Positions 1 through 9,741 of a stretch of DNA of 64,000 bases are shown here, piece after piece; position 1 is the stretch's first letter, and every line of letters begins with the position of its first letter. The position numbers and the translations under genes were made by a program. This DNA comes from Deltaproteobacteria bacterium (GTDB taxonomy: Bacteria > Myxococcota > Myxococcia > SLRQ01). Location of the stretch: positions 133,806-197,805 of the forward strand of contig JARGFU010000001.1 in NCBI GenBank assembly GCA_029210625.1, read 5' to 3'. Below the pieces are notes generated by a model, which worked only from the letters and a program-made list of their open reading frames with translations, made no database searches and was not told the origin of the DNA.

Positions 1-94
1 CAGGGCGAGGGCGCCCAGGCCGATGAGGACGCGCAGGGCGCGCTCGACGACGTGCTCGTTGTTGGGGAAGAGCTTGGCGATCATGGGGGCCCCC
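1..94 (-). CDS. Partial CDS (5' end only, runs off the left edge). Hypothetical protein with N-terminus MIAKLFPNNEHVVERALRVLIGLGALAL.
   Basis: The reverse complement of 1-94 reads an ATG followed by an open, protein-like frame to the window edge. No family could be assigned. Confidence 0.3.
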
Positions 95-240
95 TTCTCG
101 GTGGCGGTGGTTGAAAATCTTTCTCAAGACGTGAGAGCCGCCGCTCCCGGAAAAGGGTGCATGCGCCCGACCGCTGCCGCGAGGGCGCGCTGTTCGCGCC
201 CCGCCCGGCGGCCTAACCTATCCCCCCTCGACGGCCCACC

Positions 241-1626
241 ATGACCTCCTCCCGGAACCCCTTCGGCCTGCAGGCCCTGCTCCACCTGGCCTGGCCGGTG
301 GTGGTGGCCCGCTCCTCCCAGGCGGTCATCGGCTTCTCGGACGCCCTGATGACCGCCCCCCTGGGTGAGGTGGGCCTGGCCGCGGTCACCACCGGGGCGA
401 TGAACACCTTCATGATCACCATCCTCCCGATGGGGGTGGTCTTCATCGGCCAGAGCTTCGCCGCCCAGCTCTCGGCCCGGGGCCGGCCGAGGACGACCGT
501 CCGCTACGCCTGGTACGCCCTCATCGTGGCCGGCGTCGCGGCGCTGGCGTCGCTCGCCGCGATCCCTGCGGTGAGCTCGATCCTGGGCCTGCTCGGCTAC
601 CAGCCCGACGTGCACCGGCTGATGACCCTCTACCTGCAGATCCGCCTGCTCTCGATCGGCGCGGCGGTGGCCACCGAGGCCCTGGGGAACTGGTACGGGG
701 GGCTGGGCAACACCCGCCTCCACATGGTCGCCGGCGTGATCGCGATGCTCATCAACGTCTTCCTCAACTGGGTGCTGATCTTCGGGCACCTCGGCTTCCC
801 GGCCCTCGGCGTGGAGGGCGCCGCCTGGGCCAGCGTGATCGCCACCGGGATCGGCTTCCTGGTGCTCCTCGCCGCCTTCGGGCTGAAGATCGCCGTGCCC
901 ACCGACTCGGTGCGGCCCGCGGGCCTCTCCCTGGCCGAGCTGCGTCGCTTCCTGCGCTTCGGCCTGCCCCACGGCGTGAACTGGTTCCTCGAGTTCACGG
1001 CCTTCGCCTTCTTCATCAACATCGTGGTGGCGGGCCTCGGGACGGTGGTGCTCGCCGCGATGATGGTGGTCATCCAGCTCAACTCGGTCTCCTTCATGCC
1101 CGCCTTCGGCTTGACGAGCGCCGGCGCGATCCTCACCGGCCAGGCGATCGGCGAGGGCAAGCTCGACGAGGTGGGCCGGATCGTCCGGCGGACCCTGGCG
1201 GTCACCCTCTGCTGGCAGGGCTCGGTGGGGCTCGCCTACCTCCTCCTCCCCGCGCCCCTGATGCGCCTCTTCCAGACCCCGACCGAGAACAGCGCCGAGC
1301 TGGTCGCCATCGGCGCGACCCTCCTGGCGATCAGCGCGCTCTGGCAGCTCTTCGACGCCGCCGCCCTGACCCTGGGCGAGGCGCTGCGCTCCGCCGGGGA
1401 CACCGCCTGGGTGCTCTGGGCGCGGGTGGTGATCGCCTGGGTGATCTTCACCCCCTCGGCCTACTTCGCCGTCCGGATGATGGAGGGAGGGCACATCGCC
1501 GCCATGCTCTGCGTGGCGGGCTACATCGCCCTCCTCGCCGTCGTCCTCGTCTTCCGCTTCCGCTCGGGGGCCTGGAAGGAGATCGATCTGACCGGCGCCG
1601 ACCCGGTCCTCGTGGACGAGAGGTAG
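241..1626 (+). CDS. MATE family multidrug/oligosaccharidyl-lipid efflux transporter
   Basis: 461 aa with about 12 predicted TM helices. Composition and motifs are typical of MATE/NorM/DinF proteins (GxxTxxA, paired 6-TM halves). ATG start at 241. Confidence 0.8.
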   Translation: MTSSRNPFGLQALLHLAWPVVVARSSQAVIGFSDALMTAPLGEVGLAAVTTGAMNTFMITILPMGVVFIGQSFAAQLSARGRPRTTVRYAWYALIVAGVAALASLAAIPAVSSILGLLGYQPDVHRLMTLYLQIRLLSIGAAVATEALGNWYGGLGNTRLHMVAGVIAMLINVFLNWVLIFGHLGFPALGVEGAAWASVIATGIGFLVLLAAFGLKIAVPTDSVRPAGLSLAELRRFLRFGLPHGVNWFLEFTAFAFFINIVVAGLGTVVLAAMMVVIQLNSVSFMPAFGLTSAGAILTGQAIGEGKLDEVGRIVRRTLAVTLCWQGSVGLAYLLLPAPLMRLFQTPTENSAELVAIGATLLAISALWQLFDAAALTLGEALRSAGDTAWVLWARVVIAWVIFTPSAYFAVRMMEGGHIAAMLCVAGYIALLAVVLVFRFRSGAWKEIDLTGADPVLVDER

Positions 1627-1635
1627 AATCGAGTC

Positions 1636-3099
1636 ATGGCCAGAGTGCTGCTGCGTCGCTGCGACGACTACGACCCGGATCGCATCCGGGCGATCATCGG
1701 TGAGTGCATGGACGAGCTGGGCCTCAAGCCCGCCGGCCGCACGATGGTGAAGCCCAACACCGTCATCGCCCACGACCACTTCTTCCCGCACTCCTACACC
1801 CGCAGCGAGTTCCTCGACGGCCTCCTCGGCGCGCTGCGCGAGCGGGACGACGAGGTCACCGAGCTCTCGGTGGGCGAGCGCTGCGGGATCACCATCCCCA
1901 CCCGCTTCGCCTTCGCCCAGGCCCACTACCCGAAGGTGCTGCGCCGCCACCGGGCGAGGCCCCGCTACTTCGACGAGATGCCCCAGGTCCGCCGGAACCT
2001 CTTCGCGGAGGGGAGGCTGCGCGACTACCTCTACATCCCCGAGGCCGTGGCCGAGACCGAGTGGTACGTCTCGGCGCCGAAGTTCAAGGCCCACCCCTGG
2101 ACCAAGGTCACCTTCAACCTGAAGCTCTACATCGGCATCCAGGACGACGAGCACCGGCTCATCGACCACGACCACCGCCTGCACACGAAGATCGCCGACC
2201 TCTACGAGGTCATCCAGCCCAAGCTCTGCGCCATGGACGCCATCACCGCCGGCGCCAAGAGCATGCTCGTCCCCGAGCCCTACCCCCTGGGCCTGATCAT
2301 CGTCAGCGACGACGCCGTGGCCGCCGACGCGGTCTCCACCCACATCGTCGGCCTCGATCCCCGGGAGGTGGACCACATCCGGATCGTGGCCGAGCGCGGC
2401 TGGGGCCCCATCGACCTCGAGCAGATCGAGATCGACGGCGACTGCACCCTCGACGAGGCCCGCGCCCGGGCCAGCGGCTTCGGGCTCGCCCTCGAGCGCG
2501 TCGACGAGAACCTCAACCGGGACTCGAACCTGAAGGTGTACGCCGGCCCGCCCCCGGACACCTACGACTACTGCTGGGGCGGCTGCCCCGGGGCCCTCCA
2601 GGAGGGCCTGGCGGTGATCGAGCGCCTCCAGCCGGAGGTGAAGAAGGAGATCGAGCCGATCCACATCGTCTTCGGCGCCTACCAGGGGCCCATCGAGGTG
2701 GAGGGGGACGAGAAGGTCCTCTTCATCGGGGACTGCGCCTGCTGGAAGGGCGAGATCGCCGGTGAGCCGGTGGAGATCGAGAGCCGCTACCGCGAGCGGC
2801 ACCTCATCCGGCCGGAGTCGGTGAAGGCCACCGACCTGCCGGGCAAGATCACCAAGGTCCTCGGCGAGCGGCTGCAGGCGCTGGGCAAGCGGGTGATCCG
2901 GGTGCCGGGCTGCACGGTGAGCGTCGCGGAGAACGTCCTCTACCTCTCGGCCCTCGGGAAGACGAAGAACCCCTACTACGACCCCCGGATGGTCTTCGGC
3001 TTCGCCTGGCACTGGTCCGCGACGAAGCTCTTCCGCCTCCTGGGCCGCCTGCGCGCCCCGCACCCCGAGGCGCTGCAGCAGCCCGACCGACCGGCCTGA
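1636..3099 (+). CDS. DUF362 domain-containing protein, with a Cys-containing C-terminal extension
   Basis: The N-terminus MARVLLRRCDDYDP...KPN.V is characteristic of the DUF362 family. A plausible RBS (gagaggtag) lies upstream. The start is 10 nt after the MATE stop. Confidence 0.65.
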   Translation: MARVLLRRCDDYDPDRIRAIIGECMDELGLKPAGRTMVKPNTVIAHDHFFPHSYTRSEFLDGLLGALRERDDEVTELSVGERCGITIPTRFAFAQAHYPKVLRRHRARPRYFDEMPQVRRNLFAEGRLRDYLYIPEAVAETEWYVSAPKFKAHPWTKVTFNLKLYIGIQDDEHRLIDHDHRLHTKIADLYEVIQPKLCAMDAITAGAKSMLVPEPYPLGLIIVSDDAVAADAVSTHIVGLDPREVDHIRIVAERGWGPIDLEQIEIDGDCTLDEARARASGFGLALERVDENLNRDSNLKVYAGPPPDTYDYCWGGCPGALQEGLAVIERLQPEVKKEIEPIHIVFGAYQGPIEVEGDEKVLFIGDCACWKGEIAGEPVEIESRYRERHLIRPESVKATDLPGKITKVLGERLQALGKRVIRVPGCTVSVAENVLYLSALGKTKNPYYDPRMVFGFAWHWSATKLFRLLGRLRAPHPEALQQPDRPA

Positions 3100-4194
3100 T
3101 CAGGCGGCGGCGCCGAGCTCGAAGCTCTCGAGCTTGAGGCCGGGCGCCGGCTCGGACTCGCCCCGGTAGATGTCCCAGTAGCGCTTGCGGGCGGCGCCGA
3201 GGGCCTGGGCGATGGGGTGATCGAGCTGGGAGCTCACCTCGCCGATGACCACGCCCTCCATGTCGGCCAGCCAGAGCTTGGTGCAGCGGTTGAGGATCCC
3301 CGCCGTGCCGATGCTGCAGATCGTGGCGACCTCGCCGAACTTCGCCCGGCGGATCAGCTCGCCGTAGGTCATGTCCCGCTCCTCGACCTCGACGCCCTCG
3401 TCCTGGAGGATCGAGGTGATCCCCCGGACGGTGACCGAGGGCAGGATGAGCGGGCTGTCGGGGATGCGGATCACGTGCCCGTTGGTCAGGGCGATCAGCG
3501 CGCAGGAGCTGTCCCACTCGCTGATGGTGCGCTCGGCCAGGGGCAGGTCCGTGCGGTCGTCGAGGAAGAGGGCCGAGGCCGCCTCGACGTGGATCTTGCG
3601 GGCCGCCTGCACCGCCTTCACGCTCATCAGGTAGTTGCCGCCGAGCTTGAGGCAGCCGGTGCCGTTCGCCCGGGTGGCGCGCACCAGGAAGGGGATCGCC
3701 ACGCCGTTGAAGGGCTCGCCGAGGTAGGACTCGTAGTGGTTGCCCACGATCCGGATGGTGGGCCGGCCCGGGAAGGTCACGCCGATGGACTGGTCGGCGT
3801 CGATGGTGAAGGGACGCAGGTAGCCCTGCGAGCCCAGGGCCGCCATCTCCTCGATGAAGGGGCGGTGGATGGGATCCCGCAGGAAGTGGAGGATCAGGCT
3901 GCGCAGCTCGTCGACCGAGGGGACCCAGGCCTGCTGGGGATCCGAGAGGTTGAAGCCGATGCCCCGCTGGAAGCGGCCGAGGTTGTGATCGAGGTTCAGG
4001 AAGGAGGCGTGGTAGCGCCCCCCCTCCTCACGCACGAAGAAGCGGATGCCCTCGAAGGTCAGGCAGAGGCCGTAGTGCACCGAGCGGGAGACCGCGGGGG
4101 TGCCCGCCGAGACCGCGAGCATCTCCCGGCGCTTGTCCTCCAGCGTGTAGGAGAGCTGCCCGGGGGCCCAAACGGTTCCTTCGAATCCTGCCAT
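3100..4194 (-). CDS. Class IV (fold type IV) PLP aminotransferase, branched-chain amino acid aminotransferase-like
   Basis: Carries the FEGIR, GGNYLMSVKA (catalytic Lys region) and GTAG-type C-terminal motifs of IlvE/BCAT. An AAGGAG RBS sits 9 nt upstream of the ATG. Confidence 0.75.
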   Translation of the reverse strand: MAGFEGTVWAPGQLSYTLEDKRREMLAVSAGTPAVSRSVHYGLCLTFEGIRFFVREEGGRYHASFLNLDHNLGRFQRGIGFNLSDPQQAWVPSVDELRSLILHFLRDPIHRPFIEEMAALGSQGYLRPFTIDADQSIGVTFPGRPTIRIVGNHYESYLGEPFNGVAIPFLVRATRANGTGCLKLGGNYLMSVKAVQAARKIHVEAASALFLDDRTDLPLAERTISEWDSSCALIALTNGHVIRIPDSPLILPSVTVRGITSILQDEGVEVEERDMTYGELIRRAKFGEVATICSIGTAGILNRCTKLWLADMEGVVIGEVSSQLDHPIAQALGAARKRYWDIYRGESEPAPGLKLESFELGAAA

Positions 4195-4356
4195 CTCGAT
4201 CGCTCCTTTTCACCGCCGATCCGGGCCCGCACCATGGTCAGGATCCTCCCCTCTGACAAGGCGCCGCGCCGGCACCCATGACGCAGCGCGCCGCGCCGCG
4301 GGCCGGTGGGGAAATCCGGCTCGCTCGGGTAGATTGGTGTCCGGGAGGGCCAGCGC

Positions 4357-4815
4357 ATGAAGCTGAAGCACTGGGACATCGTACTGGCGGCGGCGCTGAT
4401 CGGCGGGGGCCTCGGCTGCCCGAGCGAGAGCGCCGGGAACGCGGTCTGCGGCAACGCCGTGGTCGAGGTGGGCGAGGCCTGCGACGACGGCAACACCACC
4501 GCCGGGGACGGCTGCGACGCGACCTGCCAGTGGGAGCCCTGCACCGACGCGGACGGCGACGGCCACGAGGACGCCACCTGCGGGGGCGACGACTGCGACG
4601 ACGGCGACCCGGCGAACTTCCCCGGAAACCCCGAGGTCTGCGACGGCCTCGACAACGACTGCCAGGGGGGCGCCGACGACGGCCTGACCTTCCTCGACTA
4701 CTGGCCCGACCTCGACCAGGACGACCACGGCGACGCGAGCGCCACGCCGGTGAGCGCCTGCGCGCCGATCGCCGGTTCGGTGACCAACGGCGACGACTGC
4801 GACGACACGCAGTAA
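4357..4815 (+). CDS. Secreted or lipoprotein cysteine-rich repeat protein, N-terminal part. It ends at an in-frame TAA inside a repeat.
   Basis: Signal peptide MKLKHWDIVLAAALIGGGLGC. Contains a Myxococcus cysteine-rich repeat (GNAVVEVGEACDDGNTTAGDGCDATCQ) and MopE-like putative metal-binding motifs (CxDxDGDG...CDDGDPxxxPGNPEVCDGLDNDC). Confidence 0.6.
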   Translation: MKLKHWDIVLAAALIGGGLGCPSESAGNAVCGNAVVEVGEACDDGNTTAGDGCDATCQWEPCTDADGDGHEDATCGGDDCDDGDPANFPGNPEVCDGLDNDCQGGADDGLTFLDYWPDLDQDDHGDASATPVSACAPIAGSVTNGDDCDDTQ

Positions 4816-4917
4816 ACCATCAGCCCCGACGCCACCGAGCTCGAGTGCGATGGCTTCGACAACGACTGCGACCCCCTGACGCCGGACGACCTCGACCTCG
4901 ATCAGGACGGAGTCGGT

Positions 4918-6765
4918 GTGTGCAGCGACTGCAGCGACACCGATCCCGACAACTGGGACTCCTGCGCGACCTGCGTGGACGAGGACGGGGACGGCGCCTA
5001 CGCGGGCTGCGACGCCTACGTGATGCGGGCCGGCGAGGACTGCGAGCCCCTCGACCCCGCCATCCACCCGGGCGCCACCGAGATCTGCGACAACATCGAC
5101 AACGACTGCGTCGGCGGCGTCGACGACAACGTCGCCTACCTCGACTACTACCTGGATGGCGACGGCGACGGCTACGGGGACGGCGGCGCGGCCCCGGTGA
5201 ACGACTGCACGCCCCCGGCCGGGCGCGTGCCGGACGCCACCGACTGCGACGACGGGGACCCCAACAACTGGGCCTCCTGCAGCGCCTGCGTCGACGGGGA
5301 CGGCGACGGCACCTACGCCGGCTGTGACGCCTACCAGACGATCCTCGAGGACTGCGACGACGGGGACGGCGCCAACTTCCCCGGCAACACCGAGGTCTGC
5401 GACGGCGCGGACAACGACTGCGCCGGCGGGGCCGACGACGGCCTGACCTTCAGCGACTACTGGCCGGACATCGACGGCGACGGCTTCGGCGACGCGCTCG
5501 CGGCGCCGGTGAGCGCCTGCGCGCCCCCCGCAGGCACGGCGCCGAACGGCAACGACTGCGCCGACGGCGACCCGACGGTGAACCCCGGCGCCGTCGAGAT
5601 CTGCGAGGACACCATCGACAACGACTGCGTCGGCGGCGACGCGGTCTGCGCCTGCGGCAACGGCTCCCTCGAGAGCGGCGAGGTCTGCGACGACGGCAAC
5701 CTCTGCGCCTACGACGGCTGCTCCGGCGATCCGGCCGGCGCGGTGAACCAGTGCCAGGGCGAGGAGACCGTCGTCCTCACCACCCTGGCCCTCGGCACCG
5801 GCACCACCGGTTTCGACCTCGACGGCGACGGCACCATCGACAACCGGCTGGGCTCCAACGGGACCCTGCGGGGCGAGTTCAACAACATCCTCGCGGGCAC
5901 CCTCGACGACGGCAGCCTGATGCAGGTCTTCACCATCGCCGCCCTCGACAACGTGCCCTACAGCGGCACCGGCACGCCGGGCTACCAGGACGATCCCGAC
6001 GTGGTGGTCTCCCTCTACCCGACCGTCGATCCCGCCTGCACCACCGGCCCGGTCTACGGCGCCGCCAACCCGCCGCCCTGGATCGCGGGCCCCTGGCCGG
6101 TGGAGCTCTACAGCGACGCCGACGCCTGGGACACCGCGACCTGCGTCGGGGGCGCCCAGATCACCGACGCCGACGACCCGGCCAACGGCATCTACCCCAC
6201 CGGGGGAGGCCAGCTCGCGAACCCGGCCCCGCCGGCCCCCTACCTCCGGGCCCACGCCAGCCAGCTCTCCCTGGCGCTGGTCGGCGTCCAGACCGTCCTG
6301 CACGACGCCACCATCGAGGCCACGGTGGTGGACGACACGGCGGGCATCTCCGCGCTCACCAACGGCGTCCTCGGCGGAGCCGTGGCAGCCAGGAGCCTCT
6401 GGGGCATCCCCCTCGACGGCCCCGGCGGCAGCTGCGAGACCGCCCTCCACGCGGTCCGGGCGGTCGCCGGCGTCCCGGACATCGACATCGACGGCGACGG
6501 GTCCATGACGATCTCGGTGAGCTGCGCCGGCGGCTGGCTGGCCTGCCTGGTGCCCTGCGGTGGGGCGATCTGGTCCCTGGGCGACTGCGTGGACGAGGCC
6601 GGCACGGTCATCCCGGACAGCGACCTGAACGGCGATGGCGTCGTCTCCGACGGTGAGTGTCTCCTCGATCCCCGGATGGACGACGGCTACTCGGCGGGCA
6701 TGACCTTCACCGCCCAGGAGGTCAGCGTCACCCGCCAGGTCAGCGCGAGCACCTACTGCCCCTGA
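4918..6765 (+). CDS. Cysteine-rich repeat protein, continuation. Same frame as 4357..4815 and has no signal peptide of its own. Carries further MopE-like motifs and a C-terminal domain.
   Basis: Listed with a GTG start at 4918, but the frame is open and repeat-like immediately after the TAA at 4813-4815. Carries at least 6 more CDDGDPxxxPGAxExCDxxDNDC units. Confidence 0.55.
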   Translation: MCSDCSDTDPDNWDSCATCVDEDGDGAYAGCDAYVMRAGEDCEPLDPAIHPGATEICDNIDNDCVGGVDDNVAYLDYYLDGDGDGYGDGGAAPVNDCTPPAGRVPDATDCDDGDPNNWASCSACVDGDGDGTYAGCDAYQTILEDCDDGDGANFPGNTEVCDGADNDCAGGADDGLTFSDYWPDIDGDGFGDALAAPVSACAPPAGTAPNGNDCADGDPTVNPGAVEICEDTIDNDCVGGDAVCACGNGSLESGEVCDDGNLCAYDGCSGDPAGAVNQCQGEETVVLTTLALGTGTTGFDLDGDGTIDNRLGSNGTLRGEFNNILAGTLDDGSLMQVFTIAALDNVPYSGTGTPGYQDDPDVVVSLYPTVDPACTTGPVYGAANPPPWIAGPWPVELYSDADAWDTATCVGGAQITDADDPANGIYPTGGGQLANPAPPAPYLRAHASQLSLALVGVQTVLHDATIEATVVDDTAGISALTNGVLGGAVAARSLWGIPLDGPGGSCETALHAVRAVAGVPDIDIDGDGSMTISVSCAGGWLACLVPCGGAIWSLGDCVDEAGTVIPDSDLNGDGVVSDGECLLDPRMDDGYSAGMTFTAQEVSVTRQVSASTYCP

Positions 6766-6785
6766 ACCAGAGTCCGGACCGCTCG

Positions 6786-7238
6786 TCAGGAGAGCGCGGC
6801 CTCGGCGGCCCGCTTGAGGGCCACCGCCTCCTCCTGCAGGTGGCGGTGCGCCGAGTGGAGGGTGTTCGAGCTGCGGCCCCGCAGGCCGAGGCGGCTGCTC
6901 GAGCGCAGGAGGGTCGCCCGTCCCTCGTCGAGGGGCTGGAGGTCGAAGGCGCAGCCCGGGATGAGCAGGGACATCGGCCAGACGGGGCGGAACTCCACGT
7001 GCCGGTTCTCGATCACCTCGACGAAGATCAGCCGGGAGCGCCAGAGCCTCCCGAGGACGAAGGCCTCGGCGTAGCAGATCGAGCCGGTCTGGAAGGGCGC
7101 GCCCCGCGTCCACTCCAGGTGCTCGTGGGCGCGGTGCCACTGCCGGTAGTTGCGGGTGTCGGAGAGGAAGATCTCGAGCTGGGCGTAGACCACCTCGGGC
7201 GGCGCCTCGATCCGGACCGCGTCCTCGAGCTTCGACAT
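6786..7238 (-). CDS. SRPBCC (Bet v1 / polyketide cyclase-like) family protein
   Basis: The N-terminus MSKLEDAVRIEAPPEVVYAQL is typical of SRPBCC proteins. A GGGAGGTG RBS lies upstream of the ATG at 7238. The track's longer start (7256) is less likely. Confidence 0.65.
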   Translation of the reverse strand: MSKLEDAVRIEAPPEVVYAQLEIFLSDTRNYRQWHRAHEHLEWTRGAPFQTGSICYAEAFVLGRLWRSRLIFVEVIENRHVEFRPVWPMSLLIPGCAFDLQPLDEGRATLLRSSSRLGLRGRSSNTLHSAHRHLQEEAVALKRAAEAALS

Positions 7239-7310
7239 CTCACACCTCCCGGCCAAGGGTGTTCGAGTGGGCTCGATCCCAATCTAGGCCCGGCGCACCC
7301 GGGTGGCCGA

Positions 7311-8039
7311 TCAGCGCCGGCGCTGGGCCTCGCCGGTCATGGGCACGAAGCGCACCGGGGCGATGCTCCGGGAGGTGAAGCCCTCGGGGGTGCGGGTGAT
7401 CACCCGCAGGGACTGGAAGTGCTCCCCCACCGGGATGACCAGGCGCCCGCCCACCTTCAGCTGGGCCTTCAGGGGCTCGGGCACCTGCGGGGGCGCGGCG
7501 GTGACGACGATGGCGTCGAAGGGGGCCTTCTCGGGCCAGCCGGCGTAGCCGTCGCCGTGGCGGACGGTGACCGGGTAGCCCAGGGCCTTCAGCCGGGCGT
7601 CGGCCTCCTTCGCCAGGGCCTCGAGGATCTCGATGCTGTAGACCTCGGCCCCCATCCGGGCGAGGACCGCCGCCTGGTAGCCCGAGCCGGTGCCCACCTC
7701 CAGGACCCGGTCGCCTGGCTCGATCCCGGCCGCCTGGCTCATCAGGGCGACGATGTAGGGCTGGCTGATCGTCTGGCCGTGGCCGATGGGCAGGGGGTGG
7801 TCCGCGTGGGCCTCGGCCCGGTAGGCCGGCGGGACGAAGCGGTGCCGGGGGACCTCCCGCATCGCCACCAGCACCCTCGGATCGTCGATGCCCCGCTCCT
7901 CGATCTGGCTTCGGACCATGCTCGACCTCGCCGCGGCGGAGGCGTCCTTCTTCCCGGCCGGCTCACCTGAGGCGGCAGGAGAAGAGAGCAGCGCCACGAT
8001 CACGAGCGCCCGGCTGAACACGCCCCGCATGGGATCCAA
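7311..8039 (-). CDS. pcm: Protein-L-isoaspartate O-methyltransferase with an N-terminal signal peptide (exported form)
   Basis: Carries the PIMT motifs [24 protein letters not shown] and RLVIPVG. The N-terminus [22 protein letters not shown] is signal-like. Confidence 0.8.
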   Translation of the reverse strand: MDPMRGVFSRALVIVALLSSPAASGEPAGKKDASAAARSSMVRSQIEERGIDDPRVLVAMREVPRHRFVPPAYRAEAHADHPLPIGHGQTISQPYIVALMSQAAGIEPGDRVLEVGTGSGYQAAVLARMGAEVYSIEILEALAKEADARLKALGYPVTVRHGDGYAGWPEKAPFDAIVVTAAPPQVPEPLKAQLKVGGRLVIPVGEHFQSLRVITRTPEGFTSRSIAPVRFVPMTGEAQRRR

Positions 8040-8064
8040 TCTAGTCGCCCCCGGGGGGGCTGGC

Positions 8065-8892
8065 TCACTCCAGCCAGGTGCTGATCTTCTCCAGGAGGAC
8101 CGCGCCCTGGCTCACCGGCTTCTCCCCGTGCTCCACGCTGTCGAGGAGACCCTGGAGGGAGAGGACCAGCTTCTTGCGGTGCTGGCGCACGGCGCGCTCG
8201 GCGGCCAGCGTCCCCAGGCCGAGGGTGGTGGCCAGCGCGAGCGGGGCCACCAGGAGGAGGGGGAGCCCCCCGGCCAGGACCGCCGCGACCGAGAGCCCGA
8301 CCGTGCCGGCGGTGAAGCCGCTGTAGCTGCCGGCCGCCGCCGACACCCGCAGGTTCGAGAGGTCGACGGTGAGGGTGACCATCGAGCGCTCCTCGTCCAG
8401 GGACTCGATGCTCACCGCCAGGCTCCTGGCCTCGGCGAGCCGGTAGGGGCGGCCGGCGAAGTTCATGCCCCGCTGCAGCTTGCTGACGAAGCCGTCGGAG
8501 GGCTCCCAGAGGGTACGCCCGGGCTGGTTGCGGACCTTCCGCAGGCACTCCTGGGTGGTGAGGAAGCCCTCGAGCCGCCCGCTGACCTCCGCGAGGGTGC
8601 CGGGCACCACCCGGCTGACCTGCACGATGGCCGAGCCGAAGAGGAAGGTGGGCAGCTCCGCCTCCGGCGGCAGGTCGGGCACCAGGGAGAGGGCCTTCAC
8701 CTCCGAGAGGGCCTGCTGCACGTGGGCCGGATCGAGGCCGACCTCCTCGCCGATCTGCAGGACCTCGGCCCGGGTGAGCTCGGCGGCGTACTCCCGGCGG
8801 CGGAACTGCAGCTCGGTCGCCCGGCGGATGACCTTCTCCAGCTCGGCCTCGGTGATGGAGTCGCGCCGATCCGGCTCGTCATGGGCACTCAT
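8065..8892 (-). CDS. Hypothetical protein with a C-terminal hydrophobic segment
   Basis: Protein-like composition. The start [10 protein letters not shown] at 8892 has an AGGTAGAGGA RBS. No family recognised. Confidence 0.45.
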   Translation of the reverse strand: MSAHDEPDRRDSITEAELEKVIRRATELQFRRREYAAELTRAEVLQIGEEVGLDPAHVQQALSEVKALSLVPDLPPEAELPTFLFGSAIVQVSRVVPGTLAEVSGRLEGFLTTQECLRKVRNQPGRTLWEPSDGFVSKLQRGMNFAGRPYRLAEARSLAVSIESLDEERSMVTLTVDLSNLRVSAAAGSYSGFTAGTVGLSVAAVLAGGLPLLLVAPLALATTLGLGTLAAERAVRQHRKKLVLSLQGLLDSVEHGEKPVSQGAVLLEKISTWLE

Positions 8893-8946
8893 CGGATCCT
8901 CTACCTGACATGTGGCGTACACGAGCGATAGGGGGCCGGCCGCCGC

Positions 8947-9705
8947 TCATCTGACGGCCGCGAGCGCCTCCCGCGCCCGGGCGCCGAGGGCCTCCCGGGG
9001 CAGGCCGCCGGGGTAGACGGGGAAGCCCCCGCCCTCCTCCCGGGCGGCCAGGTGGGCGAGGAGGGGCGCGCGCAGCTCGGCGGCGCCGGGCACGCCCCGA
9101 CCTTGCGCCTCCCGGAGGATGGCCTCGGCGTCGAGGAGCTCGTGGAGCCCGACCTCGGCGGTGCCGATCCCACCGACGTGGCCGATGGCGCCGTCCGCCT
9201 GGCGGCGGGTCCGCAGCAGGGCGACCCAGTGGGCGACCTCCTCGTCGGCCACGCGGCCAGGGTGCTCCAGGGCCTCCCGCCAGCGCCACAGGGGCAGCTC
9301 CCGCCGGTGTTGGGGCAGGGAGAGGCCCAGGAGGAGCGCGACCGCCAGGATCACCGCCGTCTCCTCGCTCACCGGCAGGTGCGGGCCGAGGAGCCACCAG
9401 AGCGGCGCGACCCCCAGGAGGGGCAGGCAGAAGCCACCGATCACCGCGGCGGTGAGCCAGAGGGTCCCCCACCACCCCTCCCGGGCCGAGCGCTGGCGAT
9501 CGAAGGTCCAGCTCCAGGCGAGGAAGCGCACCCGGGTGGTGCCCTCCATCACCATGCCACCGCCCGGCGGGCGGAGAGCGGCCAGGGCCGCCGCGAGGGT
9601 GAGCTGGGCGACCAGGGCGAGGACCGAGGTGCTCGCGAGCCAGGCCAGGCTCGCCGCGGCGGCGAGGGGCAGGATCAGGCCGGCCAGGAGGGCGAGGAGG
9701 TTCAA
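8947..9705 (-). CDS. Hypothetical membrane protein
   Basis: Three or four TM helices at the N-terminus. High GC3 codon bias consistent with a real gene. No family recognised. Confidence 0.4.
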   Translation of the reverse strand: MNLLALLAGLILPLAAAASLAWLASTSVLALVAQLTLAAALAALRPPGGGMVMEGTTRVRFLAWSWTFDRQRSAREGWWGTLWLTAAVIGGFCLPLLGVAPLWWLLGPHLPVSEETAVILAVALLLGLSLPQHRRELPLWRWREALEHPGRVADEEVAHWVALLRTRRQADGAIGHVGGIGTAEVGLHELLDAEAILREAQGRGVPGAAELRAPLLAHLAAREEGGGFPVYPGGLPREALGARAREALAAVR

Positions 9706-9741
9706 GGGATCCTCCTTGAGGGGAGAGGGTCTCCCTCGACT

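Noticed and set aside
124-3063. 979-aa minus-strand ORF spanning the MATE and DUF362 genes
   Set aside because: The translation is R/G/A/P/E-rich low-complexity text with no motif structure. It lies antisense to two well-supported genes and shows the typical GC-frame artefact of a 70%-GC genome.
4210-7140. 976-aa minus-strand ORF antisense to the Cys-rich repeat gene
   Set aside because: It has the same artefact signature (AGVGR-rich) and no signal peptide or motif. The plus-strand reading gives coherent cysteine-repeat proteins.
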